Positions 24,816 to 33,907 of a DNA stretch of 64,000 nt are shown in pieces. Within the stretch, counting starts at the first letter, position 1. Each line of letters starts with the position of its first letter. The notes under the pieces were generated by a model, which ran no database searches, was not told the origin of the DNA, and saw nothing but the letters and a program-made list of their open reading frames with translations. Both the position numbers and the translations under genes were made by a program. Source of the stretch: Setoptus koraiensis. Taxonomy: Eukaryota > Animalia > Arthropoda. The stretch spans positions 17,608,001-17,672,000 of the forward strand of contig CM106585.1 of NCBI GenBank assembly GCA_048013815.1, read 5' to 3'.

Positions 24816-26964
24816 GAGGGCGGCTGCTGGGGCCCCTCGCATGTTGCATGTTGCCCGTTGGCCAGTGTCAGTGGCAGCGCCAACGCAAACAAATGAAAAT
24901 GCAAATTACAGATTGTTAACATTCTAATTGTTTTACTATGCGACTGTGTCTCTAATAACCGATGGTGGTGATTTGCATCGCCTCGGGCGTTTTGTGCGGC
25001 TCCCCCCCCCGCCCCGCATAAGCGCTCGTCACTGGACCGGCCCGCTGGCAGTGCGTTCAGACAGCGCCGACTAGAGATTGTATTCAATCAACAGCGTTGT
25101 TGCCAGAGTTTGACAGAGTTTGCAGCCCCCATTGGGGCCGGCGCGTCGAGATATCGCACGGCGCACGCACACGAGCGCCGATTAACAGACGTGACTGGTG
25201 ACATAAGGAGCAGTTGATACTTGTTATGTAACACATGAATTGCAGCCTGTTATCGGATCCAATATCTCATCTCCGATGTCTCACATCCGCCGCTCGTGCG
25301 CCGCCAACGTGGCCCCTGCAGCGAGTTCCGTTTTGTTTTCTCTTTCGGCTCGCCTCTCCCCCTCTCCCCCTTTTCCGCTATCCCTGACCAACTGATACGT
25401 AATATGTGGCGCAATATGTGCAATTTGGGCCGCGCTCGCTTTTTTGCGGCCAGTCAGGCCAGTTAGGCCAGTTAGGCCAGTTAGGCCAGTTGGGGCCAGT
25501 TGGGGCCAAGTTGGGCCCAAATTGGGGCCTCACTGGGCTGGCCAAATTTGCTCATTTTTTGCCGCACCGCAGCCAGGCCAGAGACCAGGATCAGATTGAG
25601 CGTGGGGGGGGGGCGCAGTGCATGCAAATGAATTATCCGCTACGTTGCTCCGTTGCTGGCGCAAACGACGCCACCAGCCCGGCTCGACTGGCGGCTCACT
25701 TATCACTGGTACAACAACCGTGGGCCCCTTATTGAGCCCCCCCCCCTCCGCCAGCCAGATTATCAAAATTGTTCATGAGAGTCATCAATATCACCTCGTG
25801 AACTCGCTGAAATTTCTAGCTAGTTTCACTTAGCTCGCTCGCTGGCCCGGCTGGCCATGTCCAGACACCAACTGCAAATTGGTCTAGTGACTGCGCCAGC
25901 TAAAATCAACTGAAACCAACTAAAACCAACCAAAAGCGGCCCAACTATCGGCCTAAAAGTAAACCCTTGCCACTAGCTAAGAATGGCCGCTAGCTGGGCG
26001 TAATTACTTTACACACGATTAGGCAATAATTCAGTTAAACTGGCTCGCATTAATAATTTGCTGGCCGTCCGGTCGGCCAGTTGTTGTTGGCGTCGTTGTG
26101 TGGTTGCTGTTGTTGGCCAGTGCGCTTGCTAGTGGCGCCACCGACAGTTTGAAATGAGCGGCTCAACAATGCGGCCGTAGTTGCAGTCAATAAGTTGTGT
26201 GTGAGTGAGTTCTCTGGAACTAATAATCATTATCCCATATATTATTAGTTGATAATCACGTGGCTAGGTGGCCATGGCAGGGCACGGTCGGCCAACGAGA
26301 TCCGCGGCCGACTTGAGACAGGCGTCAGTGGCAATGGTTTAGTTGGTATCGCCACCTAGTGCCGTTATCAACTAAACATCAACTAGCAAGCAGTCCCATT
26401 GGCTGCACTGTCTGAATTTTCAGCCGGTGTCAGCCGGTGTCAGCCGGTTCTCATCCGGTTGGTTGGCGTTTATGAGCTCGTGTTCGTGAGCTCGTGCCGT
26501 TTCCCGGCCACAAATGACAGTTTGATGACAAGCGCGCCGGTTACAGTTAACTGGTGCGACTAGGTAACGGTCGTCATTGGCCCATCACTGGCCCCACTTC
26601 CGGTTCGGAGATGGGGCCTCTATCTGTTTGTGTGTGTGTCACTTTATCATGCTTAATTTGCTTGTTACACACGTTGTCTAACTGGGCTACACGCAGTGAC
26701 GCACAAACACTGATTGAGGCTAGTCATGTCATTAGATCTATTTGTAGTCATTGTTTGTGTGTGTGTGTGTGTGTGTGTGTCGTGTGTGCGCCCCACTGGA
26801 ACTAATAATTATCATCCGATACGTTATTAGCTGATAATCACACTAGGTGGCTATCACACACTCGTTGGCCAGCCAGTGCATGGCCGACTTGAGACAAGCT
26901 CTCGAGCTGGCCAAGTCGGCTCGATGCAGCCAGATGGAGCCCAAAAGGGCAGAGCGGGGCCTAG

Positions 26965-27040
26965 CAGAGCCGAATGGGGCCGAACAGAGCCGAATGGGGC
27001 CGAACAGAGCCGAATGGGGCCGAATAGAGCCAAATGGAGC
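26965..27040. repeat. 20-bp minisatellite CAGAGCCGAATGGGGCCGAA, 3 perfect + 1 degenerate copies
   Basis: Read directly from the sequence. Confidence 0.9.
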
Positions 27041-27370
27041 GATCCCAGCGGATTTGTCGCTTAATTTGCCGCTTCATCGATCTCGGGTGCTCTTCTATTT
27101 TGGTCTCGACGAGCTTGTCGTCGTGGTTGCAGTCTGGCTGACTGGCTGGTATGTGTGTAATATGTGTATAATCGCGCACGGGCAAACAGGCGACAACTCA
27201 TAACTCACTTAATGACTCAATGGCTCATTATGGGCAACAATGGCTAGAAATAAACCCAGTGAACTGATTATCTCTCTGAGGCATCTTATGTGACGCAATT
27301 GCCATTATCGGGCCTCTCAGGAGCCACCAAGGGGCCAACAACGAGCTATGCATGCAATACACGACGGTTA

Positions 27371-27414
27371 TTATTGGACAGTGTACAGGTGCACTCATGT
27401 ACACTGTCCAATAA
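27371..27414. repeat. Perfect inverted repeat, 17-bp arms, 10-nt loop (extends 3 bp further past one mismatch)
   Basis: TTATTGGACAGTGTACA (27371-27387) / TGTACACTGTCCAATAA (27398-27414). Confidence 0.95.
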
Positions 27415-29915
27415 CAACAATCCAATAAAAATAATAATCATCGCATCATGTAATATTAATATAATAATAATCTAATAATAATCAGCACACTTTATTGCGC
27501 ATGCTAATAATTTCATTATTATTATCATTTCATATCATGACATTACACGCTAACAACGCCTCACGATATTATATTATAATAATAATAATAATATATATAT
27601 TACGTCCATATTATGTGTATATTATGTAATGCGCTGTGAGGCGTGACACATTGCCCTTGTTTGTGTCGTCGTTGCGTAATGAGCCTGACTAATAATGTGT
27701 ATTTTGTGTTATGCCAAAATACATACAAATTCAAGCTAGTTAGTGTGGCTGCTCACAATAAGTGCAGATGCAATAATTAGTCAATTGTTGTAATTGTTGC
27801 ATTTGGCATTATCACAATTAAATGTTGCACGTTATTATTACGTGATACCACGTGATATTTATGCGCCACATCCAGTCCAGTCAAGTGCGTCTCTAATTGC
27901 GAGCAATTGTTTACAAACAGTTGTTGTTGTTGTACGATACGACAATACGACCATACGACAACTGTCAGACAATCGTCAGTAGCCACCGCACTGCACAACA
28001 ACAACATCCGGTGCGGTAATCTCGTCTCTCTCGTTCCGTTATCATTATGCCAATTTTCGCAGTTTTAATGCCATCAATATCTGATGATAATATTTGCAAT
28101 TGGCCACTCGGTCAAGCCAAAACTACGCACTACAACTAATGCAGTTATATCAATATGCAATTGTGTCTATTATCATCATCGAACAAGCTCAATCATATTT
28201 GCTAAATATTTGTTAAATAAGCGATAGCAAAATCGCCTGTCGTCACTGTTGTTTGGCGACATCAAAGTGACATGAAACAGCGTTTAGTGGTCAGTTGATT
28301 GATATTAAATTGACTGTGTTGTTTTAACGGAACTACAGGGGCCGAAACAGAGCGACAAATTGACAAAAGTTGAATAAATTAGAATCATCAACACACAGCT
28401 TGACAATCGAAGCGCGATGCTGATTCGCGCTCCACTGAACTTTATTGTCACAAAAATGTTTTTTCGGCCGCTCTTATCCTGTGTGACTCACAATTTGTGA
28501 GTGGCCGTTGCAGTTTGGATGACAACCATTTATCCATTTATAATGATATTAACTATGTAGGATTGGTTAGCTGTTGTCGAGCAAACAAAGCGCCAAACTG
28601 GCAAATTAGCGGCCATCTTGCGGCCAATTTGTTGAACGAGGGCTCGCTTGAGCAATTTGGAGAGCGCACACTGTTGACTTGACAATGTGTTTTCACTTTG
28701 AGAGATTGGCTCACTCAGCTGACGGGGCCGTGTCAGGTAAGCCAATTAGTTGGGCCAGTTAGTTTGGCGAGCTGATGGGCCGAAACAAAAGTGGAGCCAT
28801 TTCACAGATTATTATTCTGTCTGTTGTCAGTAGTGTGTTGCCGTCAATGCGAGGTGTTGCCTTTTCGGGTTTTGTGGGCCCTTTTATATTTATTCTTGAT
28901 CGTGTTCAAATGGCACAGTCGAACGACTCGGCTGACTCGTATAACTCGGATAATTGAGGCCGAAGCCTCTGGCAACGGCTCGCCGGCTCGATGCTGGCTG
29001 GCGCGCACAAACAAGCTCAATTGTTTTTGCCTTTTGTTGGCCCCATCGGATCGGGCGCACAGCTCATTAGGTGGCCAGGCACTGGCTGTGCCCGTTTGAG
29101 GCTTGATTATCTCATGCGAACAGTTGTTTTTCAGTGGTGCTGTCTGTGTATTTATTGTTAGCCGGCCCAACAGTGGAAATTGGTGCGATTCTTGCCATCA
29201 AGTCACTGTTGCCAGCCAGCGAGAGCTGTCATCTGGTGAGAGCTGGATGATGTTGGCCGTAATTGATTTAGTTAGCACCCATCTCGCCATCTAACCCATC
29301 TCGCCATCTAACAAATCCATCTAACGGATCCATCTAACAAATCCATCAGACGAGCCAGGTCAGGCCAGGCCGAGCGTGGGTGTTGGCAGTAGTCGTCTTA
29401 ATGATCATCTATCATCGTTTATTTCATCATCGACTAACGCTGACTCTGTGACCGTTTGACAACCAACTCACAAAGGTTGTTGTCAGACAAACTTGTTAAC
29501 TGGCACCCTTAACTGGCACCGCTAGCTAGCACCGCTAAAACCAAAACGGCGCCACAGGGTCTCTCGTGTCGTCGCTGCCGTTAGGCGGCCTAAGTCGGGC
29601 CGTTTCGCTTTATTTCTGATGACGTGTGCACTTTATCACTATTTATACAACAAAATATATATATAAAATAAATATTTTGTGTATATATTTTGCACATTTT
29701 GCACCATTTGTGTGTCTTATCTGTGTGCCTTATCGGCGAGGGCGCCTCTAATTATCGTGTTATCTAATAACTGGGCCTCATTATGGTGGGCCCAGTTATT
29801 AGAGCGAGCATTATGGTGGCGAATGCACACCTTGCTTTTGTAAATATATAAATAATAACTTATGCCAGCGCCATCTATCAACTGGTGCCCTGTTTGACAA
29901 GTTTCATTTTGGACA

Positions 29916-29968
29916 TTTTTTATCCATGTGCGATGAGCAATGTAGGCGCATCGCACATGGATAAAAAA
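29916..29968. repeat. Perfect inverted repeat, 20-bp arms, 13-nt loop
   Basis: TTTTTTATCCATGTGCGATG (29916-29935) / CATCGCACATGGATAAAAAA (29949-29968). Confidence 0.95.
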
Positions 29969-30096
29969 CACTCGACAATCAATAACCCAAACAGCCAAAC
30001 ATTTAAATAGCCAAATATCTGAAAGAGCCAAATGTAACTAATTTATAACTGTAACGCATATCTGGTTATATCTGGTATTTTCCACATTCCACGCAG

Positions 30097-30402
30097 GTTA
30101 CTGGCCCTTCAATTGGCAAATATGCAATCTCTGGGTCACCTGTGACGTGTTCACCTGTTCCTCTTCCATATTGCACATGTGCTTCATTAGTGTTGGCAGA
30201 CTGATTGGCATCAGGAATCCGTTGCATGCCAGGCACGCACAATTTGTATCTAGACGGACAGTCTTTTTAAAGATCTCCATAGCTTGGGCCATATCGGGCC
30301 TCATAGCCTTAGCACTCACCTCTATCGCTTGGGCGGACACCAACAACATTGTGCCAGAGACAAACGTTTGCGCCATTAACAACTCATATTTCCTTTTCTT
30401 CG
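30097..30402 (+). CDS. 5-HT2B: 5-HT2B-type serotonin receptor, coding exon 2 (ECL1, TM3, ICL2, TM4, ECL2)
   Basis: Translates YWPFNWQICNLWVTCDVFTCSSSILHMCFISVGRLIGIRNPL...NIVPETNVCAINNSYFLFF. Aminergic Asp3.32 at 30144-30146. Donor TTCG|GTGAGT at 30403. Confidence 0.92.
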
Positions 30403-30819
30403 GTGAGTACTCACTACAACTCACTACAACTCACTATAACTCACTATAACTATCTCGACCAATCTATCTCGCGCCTCACCTGGCGCTCCGGAGCACTCCG
30501 TCATGACAACACTGCCTGCGATGTAACCGTTATAACTCGTTATAAATAACTCAGTTATTTATATCGCGTTATATCGCGTTATGTCGCGTTATGTAAGCGC
30601 GTTATTTTGTGTGATATGCAAAATAACGGTGTGTGTATTTTTAATTAAACAATCCAACTTTGCGTCGCTTTGAGCTAACGAATCAACTGTTTTCTTTCTC
30701 TCTCTGTCGCTCTTTTGCATTTGCGTGCGCTGTCAATGTAATTAACGTTACCCACTGACGACAACAACATGCACCTGATGTATAAATTGCGATGACGCTC
30801 GAATTGGCGCAACCCGTAG

Positions 30820-31228
30820 GCTCTTTCACTGCCTTCTTTTTGCCGTTATTTGTGATGATCTACTCATATGTGATGACGGTGCGACTTTTGTCGCAACGAG
30901 CAAAATTTGTCCGCAACAACAGCATACAACAGGAACTAGACCAGCAAGCCTCAAACCAATCAGACAGTCTCATACAGCAGCAGCAAGTGCAACCGCAGCC
31001 GGACCAGCACGTCGAGCGGCCGGCCAACAGCAACAACAACAACAACAGCAACAACAACAACAGCAACAACAACAACGACAACAGCAGGCAGTTCAGAGAG
31101 AAACAACCGAATGACCTCAGCAACAATCACAATTCGCACCACAGCCACAGTCACCGTCATCACCACCGTTTGCCACTGGACCAATCGCCCAGCGCCATGT
31201 ACAACGGCCAAGACGACCAATCGGCCAG
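30820..31228 (+). CDS. 5-HT2B: 5-HT2B-type serotonin receptor, coding exon 3 (TM5, start of ICL3)
   Basis: Acceptor CCGTAG at 30819 gives G|SFTAFFLPLFVMIYSYVMTVRLL (TM5); poly-Q/N/H ICL3; donor GCCAG|GTGAGT at 31229, phase 2. Confidence 0.9.
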
Positions 31229-32337
31229 GTGAGTCGCGCCCCCGCGCCCGTTCGCGCATTCGTTGCGCCTCTTTGGCCCCCTTCGGCCCCCTTTGGCCCC
31301 ATTCTTCTCCGTCTGGCCCCCTAAAATGCACCTAAAATGCCCCCGAAACGAGCCAATTTTTGCCTGCGCACGTTCCATTTTTGTCGCCGGCATTTTTGTC
31401 GTCTGTCAGCGCGCGCCCCGACACTGACACTGGCTCGCTGTCGTGATGGATGGCCGCTTGATTGGCTTGATTGGCCCCACGGGCACGCACTCCCCTTACC
31501 TGTGTGTGTGTGTGCGTGTTTTTGACACTTGTCCGTCTGTCTGTTTGCCTAACTAACATTCAGCATCATCGTTTCTCGTTGTTATCGCTCACTTGTTATC
31601 GCTCGCTTGTTAGCCAACTCGCGCCACTCGCCGTTACCTGTGCCGCTCATAAGCGCTCCACATTCCCCCCCTCCCCTCGTTCGCGACACTGGCTGCTGGC
31701 ACGTGGTTGGCGGTCGTGCGCGTGCCGCCACCTGTGCCCCCTCTGCTCACGAGCAGACTCGTCGCCAGAGTGTGCTGTTTGCAATCATCGCCATGCTAAT
31801 GCCCAGTGTGTTTGTATGTGCGGCCGCTCGTGAGCCATCAATCACTTGCTGTTGTTGTTGTTGTTCAAGTTATGCAACAGCAACGCCATTTATAACTAAT
31901 TTAATTCACCGTTGGCCGCCGTTTGTGTGCGAACCAGACTGTGAAATCTGTGCCACAATATAGTGCCCAAACAAAGATTGATCAGCGTGCCTGGCTCAAC
32001 TGCACACCGACCCGCTCACCTGTCCGGCCCAAGCGCATGCAACGCTGCACCGGCTCACCTGTGCAGCGCTCCCCACCCCCAGCCCCGAATTCACGCTGTT
32101 CACCTGTGCGCGCTGTCAAATGCGCGCGCCACAAAATTACTGCCGTTGCCGCCGCCGTTAATTAACCGCCGATTTATTCTTTGTTTATTTGCGTGCCCCG
32201 GCCGCCCCCATCTGTCATTTGCAACTGCAAACTGCGCACTAATCATCGCAAACCGCCTGCTAAATACACAATTATGCCAATTATTACCAAATTATTATTA
32301 TTACCAATTATTATTAAACCCAATTACGCAACAACAG

Positions 32338-32822
32338 GAGTAACAACACAACCGGCAACAACAGCAACAACAAGAATCAGGCGCAAAAGTCGTCGTCGCT
32401 GTACTGCAAGAGCAGCCACAAGTCACATCCGCCCATGATGCGATATTTGGGCTCCTCCATGCAGGTGAGAAATGAACAAAAGGCCACCAAGGTGCTAGGC
32501 GTGGTATTTTTTACGTTTGCCATTTGTTGGACGCCATTTTTTACGTTGAACGCGGCGCAAGCATTCATCGATCGGCACTCAATGGAACAGGCCATTCCAA
32601 ATCAGGTTATGACGACATTCCAATGGTTGGGTTATTTCTCATCTATTATTAATCCAATTATTTACACTATTTTCAATAGAAATTTCAGGCGCGCTTTTAG
32701 AAAGATATTGTTGTGTCAGCGCTTTGGTTTGTATTATCAGCACTCGAGTGATATCAATCAGCAAAATACAAACAATTGTTATAGCAAAAGTTTCAGGCTG
32801 AGCCAGTACAACAGTCGCAACT

Positions 32823-32868
<46 letters not shown>

Positions 32869-33486
32869 CCAATTGACAGAGTCAAAGGTCAACAATGCCA
32901 ACAGCGGCAATCAGCAGCAACAACAGCACCGACTTCAGCATCAGAACACCATCAATTTGAGCAGCAATCCAGCGTATCCGGTCGAATGTAAACCACTCAG
33001 TGAGTTGGCCAACGACCACGGCGACGACAACCACCAATTAACCGACAAGCTTGTCGCGCAAGCTCAACCACCAACCGCTGCTACCACCAACTCACCTGAT
33101 CAACTGACCATAACGGTACACGGTGCCGACAAGCAGCAGCCGATGACCACTGTAAATTATTCACTTAAACAACACAATTTGCTGGCAACTTGTACGCAAT
33201 CGACAGCCGAGGATAAACTGGTGGAAAAAAGTGAGTCGCCGCCAGCATTTGCAACTGCTCACCCCTTGACCACTACAGCGGATGTTTGCGGTGAACAGCC
33301 GATGACAACTGTCACCACTGTCACTAGTGTCAACAGTCTGAACACTGCCCTTGCCAGACAGCACCAACCGCATCAACAACAGCAACAACAACACCTGCTT
33401 ACCACCTTTGTGTCGACACAACACAAGCCTCATCATCACAGACAGCTGATAATTAAGGAATGTGTCAACGAGCAAAGTGATCCATG

Positions 33487-33517
<31 letters not shown>

Positions 33518-33783
33518 AGCAGCAGCAACAACAACAACAACCAACAACCACAACAACAACCGCCAGTGTTGTTGTTGAATAATCACTGCAACAACTGCCA
33601 CCACCACCGAAGTAATCATCATCATCATCGTCATCATCATCGTCACCATCATCGCAAGCACGTGCATAATCAGCACAATTTGCACCATCATAGGCACCAT
33701 AGGAATTGTGCGCTCAACAGCCATTGTTATTATAATCAATCGCAACAACAGCAACAACAACAGCAACAAACTACTTCCAATTC

Positions 33784-33815
<32 letters not shown>

Positions 33816-33907
33816 CCGCAACAACGGCACAGGTTGTTGCCACAGAACAAACCAGGCCACAGTCCAACAACACGCTCGGCTGGCTCGACGATCAGCTGAC
33901 CGGTTGA
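32338..33907 (+). CDS. 5-HT2B: 5-HT2B-type serotonin receptor, coding exon 4 (end of ICL3, TM6, TM7, helix 8, ~395 aa low-complexity C-tail)
   Basis: Phase-2 acceptor CAACAG at 32337 (AG|G = Arg) is open into NEQKATKVLGVVFFTFAICWTPFF and WLGYFSSIINPIIYTIFNRNFRRAF. The four exons total 2853 nt = 951 codons. The exact acceptor is inferred from phase. Confidence 0.9.

Larger units (their letters stand above)
15974..30096 (+). other. Intron 1 of the 5-HT2 receptor, 14,123 bp, GT-AG, repeat-rich
   Basis: GTGAGT donor and TTCCACGCAG acceptor join in phase to give FYG|YWPF, continuous TM2-ECL1 sequence; no other recognisable gene inside. Confidence 0.85.

Noticed and set aside
30098-30424. Minus-strand ORF and other antisense ORFs within SMC4, TOM1, ADD, RNF and QSOX
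   Set aside because: They are antisense shadows of well-supported coding exons.
30180-30820. 5-HT2C-style exon/intron editing duplex at ICL2
   Set aside because: No sequence complementary to the ICL2-coding region was found by eye in intron 2, and A-to-I editing cannot convert GRL to GRY or DRY.
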